Assembly: GCA_044344255.1 (NCBI GenBank)
Contig: JBIJDH010000003.1
Span: 64,001 to 128,000 of the forward strand
Origin: Myxococcota bacterium
Lineage (GTDB): Bacteria > Myxococcota_A > UBA796 > UBA2385
Direction: 5' to 3'
Length of the DNA stretch: 64,000 bases
This document shows positions 31,001 to 39,113 of the stretch, one piece after another. The notes under the pieces are model-generated. The model saw only the letters and a list, made by a program, of their open reading frames with translations. It was not told the origin of the DNA and searched no databases. A program made the position numbers and the translations under genes. Position 1 is the stretch's first letter, and each line of letters starts with the position of its first letter.

Positions 31001-32198
31001 CGACGAGGACTGCGACGGCCTCGCCGATGACGCCGACAGCTCCGTCTCCGCCGCCACCTATGGCGTCTACCACGCAGACGTAGACGGCGACGGTTGGGGA
31101 GATCTGGACGCTCCGGTGGGGGCCTGCGACGCGTCTCTCTCTGCGGTGGTGGACGACACCGACTGCGACGATCTCGACCCCGACATCAACCCCGATGCCA
31201 CCGAGGTCGCCGGCGACAGCGTGGACCAGGACTGTGACCTCAGCGAGCTCTGCTATGTGGACGCCGACGACGACGGATGGCGGACCGACACGGAGGTCGC
31301 CTCGACCACCCTGGACTGCAGCGGCCTCGGGGAGGCCCTCGCCTCTGACCCCGCTGATGACTGCGACGACGCCGACGCGGCCTTCCACCCCGACGCCACC
31401 GAAGACGACTGCGCCGATCCGAATGACTACAACTGCGACGGCTTCGTCGGCTACGCGGATGCGGATGGCGATGGCTACGCGGCCTGCGAGGAGTGCGACG
31501 ACGGGCTCTTCGCGGTGAACCCGAGCGCCACGGAGCTCTGCAACGGTATCGACGACAACTGCGACAGCAGCACCGATGGAGCCGACGCGGTCGGCGCCAC
31601 CGACTGGTACGCCGACCTCGACGGTGACCTCTACACCGACCCGACGGACGCTGTCGCCTCCTGCGACCCCCCCGAGGGCTACGCCGCGGCCTCGGCCGAG
31701 GCGGACTGTGACGATGGTGACGAGACGATCAACCCCGAGGCGCTGGAGGGAGTGGACGACGCGGTCGACCAGGACTGCGATGGCCTTGAGCTCTGCTACC
31801 TCGACCAGGACGACGACGGCTATCGGCCCGACGAGACGAGCACGCTGGAGAGCGCAGACCTGCTCTGTGACGCCTCCGGCGAGGCCACCGCCGAGGACCC
31901 GAGCGGGGACTGCGACGACCTCGAGGCGACGGTGTACCCGGGCGCCACCGAGGTCGCCGGGGACGGCGTCGATCAGGACTGCGACAGCATCGACCTCGCG
32001 ATCGACAGCGGCGAACCGGACAGCGGCGAACCGGACAGCGGTGCCGGGAGCTCCGACCCCGACGGTGACGACGGGGAATCCAACGGGGGTGGAGGGAAGG
32101 GCTGTGGCTGCTCGGCCCATGGGGGCGCCAGGGCAGGCTGGCTGGGGCTCCTGCTCGGCGTCGCCGCCCTCGGTGCCCGTCGCCGTCGGGTGGCCTGA
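28035..32198 (+). CDS. Large surface protein with 7 FG-GAP repeats, MopE-related/putative metal-binding repeats and MYXO-CTERM
   Basis: GAGGA RBS, LLAC lipobox; 7x GDVNNDGYDDVIVGA; repeated DCDD..NPGATEVCD; GCGC + TM + RRRR tail. Confidence 0.9.
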   Translation: MHRAPPLRPLVLLATSLLACGPEDGGTPIDSAPSEEPTAPLAGAATPDGASDGWLATVQERIAAEGRAFHLREGAFMADLPTAGLSARLDAEGVEVSGEGGEVLRLRSSAWGRGGDLLSIGARAPALGDCTAALDASGTCVRRVELEEAGLTEWWVGLGTGLEQGWVVEAPPAGEGALVVVVDVEGATSIDADGEEATLFDGEGRMWIVGGVSAWDTEGEPLPTRLLATDAGLRVEVDDTGAVYPVEIDPVYTTAATTLTGEATGNWFGWSVSGAGDVNNDGYDDVIVGACNYSSGTGRAYVYTGSASGVSTTAATTLTGEATGIRFGWSVSDAGDVNNDGYDDVIVGAFKYSYSTGRAYVYTGSASGVSTTAATTLTGEATGNQFGLSVSGAGDVNNDGYDDVIVGALRYSSNIGRTYVYAGSASGVSTTAVTTLTGGGSGYYFGLSVSGAGDVNGDGYDDVIVGAYGYSSDTGRAYVYAGSASGVSSTAATTLTGEATGNQFGWSVSDAGDVNNDGYDDVIVGATGYSSGTGRAYEYAGSASGVSTTAATTLTGEATYSEFGNSVSGAGDVNNDGYDDVIVGARGFSSTGRAYLYAGSASGVSTSAATTLTGEASSYYGHSVSDAGDVNNDGYDDVVVGASYYSYTTGRAYVYLGYSDDADGDGYAVALDCDDTDAAINPGATEVCDASDNDEDCDGHTDDADSSASAATKTSYYLDSDSDGYGGSTTGTYCDLPTGYTATFADCDDSVAAVNPGATEVCDAANTDEDCDGLKDDADSSASAATKSSYYLDSDGDGFGGSTTGAYCDLPTGYTATSTDCDDSVATVNPGATEVCDAADTDEDCDGLADDADSSAAAATMTTWYRDADSDGYAGTATTSTCDMPTGYLSTSTDCDDTQVAVNPGATEICDAANTDEDCDGLSDDADSSASAATKTGYYLDGDGDGYGSTTSAAWCDLPPGYATGSTDCDDFATGVNPGATEVCDAANTDEDCDGLADDADSSVSAATYGVYHADVDGDGWGDLDAPVGACDASLSAVVDDTDCDDLDPDINPDATEVAGDSVDQDCDLSELCYVDADDDGWRTDTEVASTTLDCSGLGEALASDPADDCDDADAAFHPDATEDDCADPNDYNCDGFVGYADADGDGYAACEECDDGLFAVNPSATELCNGIDDNCDSSTDGADAVGATDWYADLDGDLYTDPTDAVASCDPPEGYAAASAEADCDDGDETINPEALEGVDDAVDQDCDGLELCYLDQDDDGYRPDETSTLESADLLCDASGEATAEDPSGDCDDLEATVYPGATEVAGDGVDQDCDSIDLAIDSGEPDSGEPDSGAGSSDPDGDDGESNGGGGKGCGCSAHGGARAGWLGLLLGVAALGARRRRVA
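28790..30000 (+). repeat. Intragenic tandem repeat, 177-bp unit x7 (FG-GAP)
   Basis: GGGGACGTGAACAACGACGGCTACGACGAC recurs at about 177-bp spacing. Confidence 0.9.
30045..31230 (+). repeat. Intragenic tandem repeat, 222-bp unit about x5 (MopE-related)
   Basis: NPGATE codons at 30075, 30297, 30519, 30741, 30963. Confidence 0.85.
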
Positions 32199-32219
32199 GC
32201 TCGGCGCGCGCGGGGCCTC

Positions 32220-32533
32220 ACCCCCCACAGGCCGACAAGCAGGCGCCCCTGCCGCTCCATGCGCGCCCAGTCTTCGTCCGAGCAGGCCAGCGGAGCCAGG
32301 CGATGTCCGGTGTCCATCCAGACCTCGGCGCCCTCCTCGTAGACCTCACCGCGCTCGCGCGGCGCGAGGCCTCGGATCACGACCAGCACGTCGACATCGG
32401 AGTCGGCGCGAGCCTGCCCGCGGGCTTAGGAGCCGAACAAGGTCATGTGCAACAAGCGGTCTCCGAAGCGCTGCTCCAACCGCCGGCGGAGCGCGGAGAG
32501 TGCTCCTCGAATGCCAACGGGGAGGTCGCTCAT
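32220..32533 (-). pseudogene. Minimal nucleotidyltransferase (MNT, Pol-beta family) pseudogene
   Basis: MSDLP...LFGS*ARGQARADSDVDVLVV with in-frame TAA at 32426-32428; 3' end truncated; no HEPN partner. Confidence 0.8.
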
Positions 32534-32595
32534 GGCCTTCCGCTAACGCGGCCTGCCCGCGCGCGGGACCCTCCCTGGGCGCCTGCCCGACCCGC

Positions 32596-33561
32596 TCAGC
32601 GGCCCTGGACGGTCCAGAGGTCTCCCTTCTCCTGTCCCTTCAACGAGATTCGACTGAGCAGGTCGGCGCCCATCATTCCCTGGAGGCCGTCCGGCAGCTC
32701 GTCCACGAGCATCACGTCCACACCCGCGATGATGAAGCTCCCGATTCCGAATTGGTCGACCCGCGCGAGCTGTCCGGCGATGGTGCCCTGAAAGTTCTTG
32801 AACAACCAGGGGTCTGCGGGCAAGGGAGTCAAAGCCGGGACGGCGTCCTTTCGAATGACCGTGATCCCGCTCCCGGTGTCGGCGCCGAGCTGGAGGGAGG
32901 TGCCGTTGACCGAGACGGGGAAGGTCCACCAGCTTTGGAGCGGGGTCTGCTTCACCTCTGTCTGGCCCGTGACCATCCAGTCCTTGCAGTGGGTCTCCGG
33001 TTGAATGCGGCTCGTGGCCAGATTGGCCTCTCCCCGAAGGTCTCGGCGGGCGGCGTTGACCCCCATCCAGGTGACCCAGGCCTCGCAGGGGAGGCCGGCC
33101 TGCTCCTGCGCGAGCGCCAGCTCTTTCAGCTGCTCGTCGGTCGTGTGTTTGGGGTCGAGCAGCATGGCGCGGCGGAGGTCGCTCACCACCCCCGGCCGGT
33201 CGCCCGCCTGCTCCCGGATGTTCGCCCGGCTGCGGTAGGTCCTGGGCTCGGAGGGCTCGGCCGCCACACGACGATCGGCCACCTCGAGCGACCAGGCGAA
33301 GTCTCTCCGCTTGATGCCGAGGCTCACTTGCAGGTCCTCAAAGGCCACCCCTGGCTTGCAGGCGCTGGTGAAGGACTTCATGGCGCTGACCGCCTCCTCC
33401 CCCGCGCCGGCCTTGTCGAGGTAGTCCGCGAGGTTGACCATCGCCGCTTCGTTGCAGGGCTCGGAGGCGAGGGTGGCGCGGGCCGTGCGGATGGGCGTCT
33501 TGAAGGGGCCGTAGTCGGGGCCGGACTCACACGCGAGGAGCAAGACGAGGGAGGGGATCAC
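32596..33561 (-). CDS. Lipoprotein with TPR-like repeats and a retropepsin-like aspartyl protease domain
   Basis: LLLAC lipobox; VSVNG..GADTGSG; GMMGADLL. Confidence 0.8.
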   Translation of the reverse strand: MIPSLVLLLACESGPDYGPFKTPIRTARATLASEPCNEAAMVNLADYLDKAGAGEEAVSAMKSFTSACKPGVAFEDLQVSLGIKRRDFAWSLEVADRRVAAEPSEPRTYRSRANIREQAGDRPGVVSDLRRAMLLDPKHTTDEQLKELALAQEQAGLPCEAWVTWMGVNAARRDLRGEANLATSRIQPETHCKDWMVTGQTEVKQTPLQSWWTFPVSVNGTSLQLGADTGSGITVIRKDAVPALTPLPADPWLFKNFQGTIAGQLARVDQFGIGSFIIAGVDVMLVDELPDGLQGMMGADLLSRISLKGQEKGDLWTVQGR

Positions 33562-33667
33562 GGGGGCTCCAAGGGAGGGTCGCCCTTCTAACCCGCTTTA
33601 CAAGTACAACAATGGCGAGTGCGTCACGCCGCTGCCGGGGCGGTCCGGGACCACCCAGGGCACAGTC

Positions 33668-33710
33668 AGCCCTCGGCGGAGGGATGTGTGAGCCCTCGGC
33701 GGAGGGATGT
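33668..33710. repeat. Tandem 20-bp hairpin repeat x2 downstream of the operon (possible terminator)
   Basis: AGCCCTCGGCGGAGGGATGT twice; each folds as CCCTC-GGCG-GAGGG. Confidence 0.6.
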
Positions 33711-33729
33711 CCGTCCGCCGCGGGCGCGG

Positions 33730-35196
33730 TCAGTCCGCCGCGGGCATCCGCCCCGGGCCGAGGGTGGAGACGGGCGCCTTCGGGTGCACCTGGAAGCGGG
33801 TGTCCCGCTCGCGATAGATCACATTGTAGGCGCAGGATGGAATATTTTTACCGTCGGGCTCCCGGATCGAGACCGGACAGAGCTGGATGCGGTCGGTGTC
33901 GAAGCTCTCTTCGTCCATGTGGGCGTGGACATAGAGGGCGCGGGTGCGGCGCTCCGCCTCCCGCAAACGCTGCTCCGGGCTTCGGTTGGGATCGAAGGCG
34001 GCCTCGGCGAGCCCGCGCAGGGCGGTGAGCACGGCCACCTCGTCTTCACAGGGGAATTCCCCGGTCCACAGATCGTTGATCACGTCCTCCAGCACGCGCT
34101 CCATGCCGGGCCCGGGCTCGAGGTAGAGGGAGGTGCCGAGCATCTCTCGGAGGCGCTCGCGGGTCATGAAGCGGGGGAAGGGGAGCCAGCGCCCGTCCCC
34201 GAGGCGCAGCAGATAGGTGACCTGATAGCAGAGCGGATGGGCGGCGGGGGAGGGCACGAAGTCGGAGACGGCCACCGCGCCGGCCGTCTGTGCTTCGATG
34301 TCGCGGAGCACGGCGTCAGGGGTGTAACGGGCCCGGCGGTCAAAGGCGGCCCCGCTCTGGCCGGTGAAGGTCATCGGGTGCAGCTCGACCGAGCGGATGT
34401 GGTCGCGCGAGAGGGCGAGCGTGATGAAACGTCCGAGCTCGTGGTCGTTGACGCCCCGACAGAGCACGGGGAGCAGGGTGGTGTCGATGCCGTGCTCCTC
34501 GAGGAGGTCGAGGACGCGGAGCTTCCCCGCGGTGAAGGTGCCGCCGAGCAGGGCCTTGTTGGCGGTGTCCTCGAAGGAGTCAAAGGAGAGGATGACACGC
34601 GCGCCCACGGCCGCGAGGCGGGGGAGCAGCTCGGGCTCGCGGAGGAAGCGGAGCCCGTGGGTGGAGATCGTGATGCGGTGGATGCCCTCCCGGGCGCAGC
34701 GCTCGACGATGCGCAGGAAGTCGGGGTGGGAGGTGGGCTCGCCGCCGGTGAGGTTGATGATGCGCCGGTCGGGGGCGGCGCGGCGCAGGTGCCCGAGCAG
34801 GCTGTCGAGCTCGGCCTCGGAGAGGTGCCAGGCGCCATCGTTGCGGTTGTGGGTGTAGCAGATCGGACAGTCGAGGTTGCAGGCCGAGGTGATGGGCACG
34901 ATCGGGAGGAAGAGCCGCTGATGGTGCTGGCTGCAGGGCCCACAGTCGTACGGGCAGCCCTGGCTCGGCGGGTTCGCGTGGGCGGGCGGGGTGGCGCGGG
35001 CGGCCATCGCGAGGGTCGCGTGGTACCAGGCGGCGTCCTCGGCCACCACCGCGCCGCTCTCCCCATGGTCGGGACAGGCCTTTCGGAGCTCAATCCGCCC
35101 CTCCACCTCCCAGAGCGCGGCGGGCAGGCTCCGTTTGCAGGTGGGGCAGAGGCCGGTGGTCTGTCCGAGTCGCCGGGGGGGGGCCTGTTCAAGCAT
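33730..35196 (-). CDS. Radical SAM enzyme, MJ0619/Tes/GDGT-MAS-like (copy A)
   Basis: CPTC..CPDH rubredoxin-like site, CPYDCGPC auxiliary cluster, CNLDCPIC, TGGEP, HPLC, C..PSCAYN. Confidence 0.82.
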   Translation of the reverse strand: MLEQAPPRRLGQTTGLCPTCKRSLPAALWEVEGRIELRKACPDHGESGAVVAEDAAWYHATLAMAARATPPAHANPPSQGCPYDCGPCSQHHQRLFLPIVPITSACNLDCPICYTHNRNDGAWHLSEAELDSLLGHLRRAAPDRRIINLTGGEPTSHPDFLRIVERCAREGIHRITISTHGLRFLREPELLPRLAAVGARVILSFDSFEDTANKALLGGTFTAGKLRVLDLLEEHGIDTTLLPVLCRGVNDHELGRFITLALSRDHIRSVELHPMTFTGQSGAAFDRRARYTPDAVLRDIEAQTAGAVAVSDFVPSPAAHPLCYQVTYLLRLGDGRWLPFPRFMTRERLREMLGTSLYLEPGPGMERVLEDVINDLWTGEFPCEDEVAVLTALRGLAEAAFDPNRSPEQRLREAERRTRALYVHAHMDEESFDTDRIQLCPVSIREPDGKNIPSCAYNVIYRERDTRFQVHPKAPVSTLGPGRMPAAD

Positions 35197-35716
35197 GGGT
35201 CGCCTGTCGCGGGGGCCCGTCCGGGCGGCCCCAGGCGCGGCTGCAGAGCCAGTCGCCCGCGGAGATCACCGCCGCGCAGAGGCCGAGGTTGAAGAGCACC
35301 GAGGCCCAGAGGGGCGTGCCCGCCGGCCAGACCGGATAGGGCCGAAAGGCGGTGTTCACGTTGAGCTCGGGGCGGGTGAGCAGGCGGGCGAGCGCCATCG
35401 CGCCGGCGGTGAGGGCGATAGAGGCGGGCACGAGGCCGCGCGGCACGCCGAAGCGCCGGGCATAGGTGAGGCCGATGGCCGCGGTCCCGAGGTGCAGCGC
35501 CGTCGAGCTCGGCGTGGTGGTGCCCGTGGTCACGACGTCGAGGATCCAAGAGGGGAAGCCGATGAGGCTGTTGTAGAGGCCGCCCACCACGACGAGCTGG
35601 GGAGAGACCGTGAGGAGCCCGAGGAGCTGCACCATCGCGGCGATGTGGCAGAAGTAGAGCATCTCGTCCAAGATCCCGAGCTCGACCTTCACCGCCGTGT
35701 GCCAGAGGAGGGCCAT
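35189..35716 (-). CDS. Integral membrane protein (YwaF-like), start uncertain
   Basis: Multiple TM helices; LYFCH, LH, LNVN; overlaps the start of the next gene. Confidence 0.55.
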   Translation of the reverse strand: MALLWHTAVKVELGILDEMLYFCHIAAMVQLLGLLTVSPQLVVVGGLYNSLIGFPSWILDVVTTGTTTPSSTALHLGTAAIGLTYARRFGVPRGLVPASIALTAGAMALARLLTRPELNVNTAFRPYPVWPAGTPLWASVLFNLGLCAAVISAGDWLCSRAWGRPDGPPRQATHA

Positions 35717-35769
35717 GGCCACGAGGCCTGCGAGCAGGCGCGCGCGGAGGGGGCTGGGTGTGGCGCGGG

Positions 35770-36486
35770 TCAGAGGCCACCGGTCAGGTGGAGGGTGGCG
35801 CCGGTCATCCAGCCCGGCGACAGGGCGAGGCGGGACAGGGCGGGCACCACCTCGTCGAGGCGGCCGCGGCGGCCCAAGGCGCTGTGGGACAGATAGGCGG
35901 AGACGAGCCCGGGGTCGGCCGCCTCCGAGGCGCCCACCCCGAGATCGGCGATCAGCGCGTGGTTGCAGCAGATCCCGCGCCGGCCCCACTCCTTGGCCAC
36001 CGCCCGCACGAGGCCGGCCTGCGCGGCGTGGGCGGCGGCCATCGCCACCGGCACCCGCAGGGACTGAACGGCGGCGAGGCTGCCGACCATCACGACGCTC
36101 CCGCCGCCCGCCGCCGCCATTCGGGGGAGCAGGGCCCGCAGGAGCTGAAAGGGGGCGCGGGCGGAGAGGGCCATCGTCGCCTCCCAGTCGGCGTCGGTCG
36201 TCTCTTCGATGCCGCCGCGCGGCGCCTGTCCGGCGCACCAGACGATCGCGCGGGGCGCCTCGGCGTTGCGCTCGGCGAGGCGCACCACTTCGGCCCCCTG
36301 TCGAAGGTCGACCGCGAGGGCCTCCCAGCCCGTCTCTTCACGCAGCCGCCGCGCGGCCTCGGCCCCCTGAAAGTAGGTGAACCGTCCGGGCTGCCCCGCG
36401 GCCTGGAGCGCGCGCACCAGCGCCCCGCCGATCGTGCCGCTGCCGCCCACGACGAGGAGCGCTCCGCCCGGCGGTCTCTCGGTCAC
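35770..36486 (-). CDS. SDR oxidoreductase, degenerate (no YxxxK)
   Basis: VVGGSGTIG; AMAAAHA at the catalytic motif; WMTGATLHLTGGL; GTGA overlap. Confidence 0.75.
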   Translation of the reverse strand: MTERPPGGALLVVGGSGTIGGALVRALQAAGQPGRFTYFQGAEAARRLREETGWEALAVDLRQGAEVVRLAERNAEAPRAIVWCAGQAPRGGIEETTDADWEATMALSARAPFQLLRALLPRMAAAGGGSVVMVGSLAAVQSLRVPVAMAAAHAAQAGLVRAVAKEWGRRGICCNHALIADLGVGASEAADPGLVSAYLSHSALGRRGRLDEVVPALSRLALSPGWMTGATLHLTGGL

Positions 36487-37616
36487 CTCAAACCTCCGGC
36501 GGCGGTCGGCGGGAGCCCGAGGTCGGCCCGGAGCGCCGCGTCTTGTTGGGGGCGCCAGATGTACTGGTCGAGCAGGTAGTGGTGCAGCACGAGCCCCCAG
36601 TACAGGCTGATCGCGAGGCCCTCCGCGGCGGCGGAGCCGGGGCCCCAGCCGGGGATCGCCCCCCGATAGGCGTTGGTCAGCAGGTAGGGGAGGCCGAGGG
36701 CGACCGCGATCAGCCAGGCCCAGGCGGGGCGGGCGGCGAGGCGAGCGCCGGAGGAGCCCTGTCCGTCGGGGTGCCGCTGGCGGCTGCTCCAGCCCACGAG
36801 GCCGATGTACTGGAGGCCGTGCGGCATCCCGTTGGTGATGGCGAGCGCGACGAAGGCGGCCTCGAGCGTGCGAGCGGCGGGCACGACGGGCTCCATCATC
36901 CCGATCGCGGCGAAGCCGAGGGTGAAGAGCGACAGCACCGGAAAGAGCAGGAAGAGGGCGGGGAGCGTGGGCTCCCCTCGCCGGGCGCGCAGGGCGGTGC
37001 GGGCGCCATAGGCGGTGATCGAGAGGACGATGAGGCCGAGCAGCCCCCCGAGGAGCGGGCGCTCGAGGCCCGAGGGCTCCGCCGAGAGGCCGAATTCCTG
37101 TCGGTTCAAGGGGTGCGCGAGGGTGAACCAGGCGAAGAGGGCCCAAAGGATGCCATAGAGGGCCGCGCGGTCTATCCCCCGCTCCCGCGGCCCCAGGCCT
37201 GCCTTTCGGGCATAGAGCGACCAGATGCCATAGTTCTGTCGGACCGCGTGGTGGTAGCCCCAGAGCGCGGTCAGCAGCAGGAAGAGGTCCATCGGCGCCG
37301 ACTGGCCGGTCCACTGGGCCGCGGCCCAACAGAGGGGCCCCGGCAGCCAGATGAGCAGGCTCCAGCGGAGGAGGGGCCCGCGCCGCCGCCGCTCGAGGGG
37401 GTCGAGGTAGGTGCGGAGCAGCGTGGCATAGAAGTGCGGCCCATCGACGAGCAGCAGCCAGGCGCAGAGGAGGGGGAGCCCGAGGCCCGGCGCGGCGAGC
37501 ACGGACAGGCCGAGGCCGAGCGAGAGGAGGGCGCTCGCGAAGAACCACAGCAGATCGGCCCGCCGGCTGATGATCCAGCCGCTCGCCGCGGGCCCCTCGA
37601 TCGCCGGGGCCGACAC
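36483..37616 (-). CDS. His-rich polytopic membrane protein
   Basis: About 9 TM; DGPHFYAT, WGYHHAVRQNYG, HGLQY, HHYLLDQYIW. Confidence 0.65.
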   Translation of the reverse strand: MSAPAIEGPAASGWIISRRADLLWFFASALLSLGLGLSVLAAPGLGLPLLCAWLLLVDGPHFYATLLRTYLDPLERRRRGPLLRWSLLIWLPGPLCWAAAQWTGQSAPMDLFLLLTALWGYHHAVRQNYGIWSLYARKAGLGPRERGIDRAALYGILWALFAWFTLAHPLNRQEFGLSAEPSGLERPLLGGLLGLIVLSITAYGARTALRARRGEPTLPALFLLFPVLSLFTLGFAAIGMMEPVVPAARTLEAAFVALAITNGMPHGLQYIGLVGWSSRQRHPDGQGSSGARLAARPAWAWLIAVALGLPYLLTNAYRGAIPGWGPGSAAAEGLAISLYWGLVLHHYLLDQYIWRPQQDAALRADLGLPPTAAGGLR

Positions 37617-37617
37617 C

Positions 37618-38376
37618 TCAGAGCCCCCCGTCGAGCACGAGGCGGGCGCCGGTCATCAGCGTGTTCTCGCCCGACACCGCCCAGGCGGCCCACTCCGCCA
37701 CCTCCTCGAGCCCACCTAGGCGCCCGAGCGCGCTCTGTTCGCGGTAGTCCTGCAGCCGGTGGGCGGGGAGGCGCTGGGCGAGGCCCTCCTCGAGCAGCCC
37801 GGGCACGAGCAGGTTCACTTGCACGCCGTAGCGCCCCACCTCCCGCGCCGTCGCCTCGGTGAAGCCGCGCAGCGCCGCCTTGCTGGCCGCGTAGTGGACA
37901 GGGGCCGGCACCATCCGCTCGCCGGCGAAGGAGCCTACGTTGAGGATGTGCCCGCGGCGGGCGCGGATCATGTGCCGCAGCGCCGCCCGCGAGAAGAGGA
38001 AGGCCCCCTTCACGTTGACCGCCATCATGCGGTCCCAGTCGGCCTCCTCGAGCAGGGCGAGCGGCAGGAGCTGGTTGATGCCGGCGGCGTTGACGAGCAC
38101 GTCGAGGCCGCCCCAGTCGGCCGCGAGCGCGCGGACGGTGGCCTCGGCGTGCGCGGCGTCCTCCACCGAGCCCTGGAAGCTCTGAGGGTCGGCGCCCGCG
38201 GCCGTGAGGAGGCGCGTGGTCTCCAAGGCGTCCTCGGCGCGGCGGCTCCAGGTGAAGGCGACCCGGGCCCCCCGGCGCGCGAGGGCGAGGCCGATCGCCC
38301 GGCCGAGGTTGCGCGAGCCGCCCGTGATGAGGCAGCGGAGGCGCGCCGGGGCGGGAGCGGGGGCCGGCTCGCTCAA
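37618..38376 (-). CDS. 3-oxoacyl-ACP reductase-like SDR
   Basis: TGGSRNLG, VNAAG, HYAASK, VLDGGL. Confidence 0.88.
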   Translation of the reverse strand: MSEPAPAPAPARLRCLITGGSRNLGRAIGLALARRGARVAFTWSRRAEDALETTRLLTAAGADPQSFQGSVEDAAHAEATVRALAADWGGLDVLVNAAGINQLLPLALLEEADWDRMMAVNVKGAFLFSRAALRHMIRARRGHILNVGSFAGERMVPAPVHYAASKAALRGFTEATAREVGRYGVQVNLLVPGLLEEGLAQRLPAHRLQDYREQSALGRLGGLEEVAEWAAWAVSGENTLMTGARLVLDGGL

Positions 38377-39113
38377 ACGGCGCCGTCCACGACGACGGTG
38401 GCGCCGTTCATGTAGCTGTTGCGGGAGGAGACGAGGAAGGCGACCACCTCGGCCACCTCCTGGTGGGTGCCGAGGCGCCCGAGCGCGCAGTGGCGGATGA
38501 ACTCGTCGCGGCGGGCGGGCGGGAGGTTGGCGCTGACGCCGTCTTCGAGCACGCCGGGCGCGATGCAGTTGACCTGGATGCCGTAGCGGCCCACCTCCTT
38601 GGCCAGGGCCTCGGTGAAGCCCCGGAGGGCCGCCTTCGCGGTGGCGTAGTGGATCGGGGCCTGCATCATCTTGACGCCGGCGAGGCTCGAGACGTTGAGG
38701 ACGTGGCCGCGCCGCTGGCGCACCATCCCGCGCAGCACCGACTGGGTGGTGAGGAAGGCGCCCTTGACGTGGGTGTCCATCATTCGATCCCAGTCCTCCT
38801 CCTCCATCAGCGCGAGGGGCACGACCTGCCCGTGCCCGGCGTTGTTGACGAGGATGTCGATAGGCTGGCCGCCGTCGGCCTCGACGGCCTTACAGAGCGC
38901 CCGGGTGCCCTCGCGGTCGGTCACGCTCACCGGGAAGGCCCAGCCGCCCGGGCCGGCCTGGAGCTCGGCCAGCACGGCCTCGGCCTCGGGGCGGGCCTTC
39001 AGGTAGGTGATGGCCACCCGCGCCCCCTCGCGCGAGAGCGTGGTGGCGATGGCCCGCCCGAGCCCGCGGGAGCCGCCCGTGACCAGGGCCACCCGACCGT
39101 CGAGGAGGCCCAT
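38373..39113 (-). CDS. 3-oxoacyl-ACP reductase-like SDR
   Basis: TGGSRGLG, VNNAG, HYATAK, NCIAPG; TGATG coupling. Confidence 0.88.
   Translation of the reverse strand: MGLLDGRVALVTGGSRGLGRAIATTLSREGARVAITYLKARPEAEAVLAELQAGPGGWAFPVSVTDREGTRALCKAVEADGGQPIDILVNNAGHGQVVPLALMEEEDWDRMMDTHVKGAFLTTQSVLRGMVRQRRGHVLNVSSLAGVKMMQAPIHYATAKAALRGFTEALAKEVGRYGIQVNCIAPGVLEDGVSANLPPARRDEFIRHCALGRLGTHQEVAEVVAFLVSSRNSYMNGATVVVDGAV

Noticed and set aside
28790..31230. Regular repeats resembling a CRISPR array
   Set aside because: Units are 177 and 222 bp, in frame and protein-coding; there are no unique spacers or cas genes
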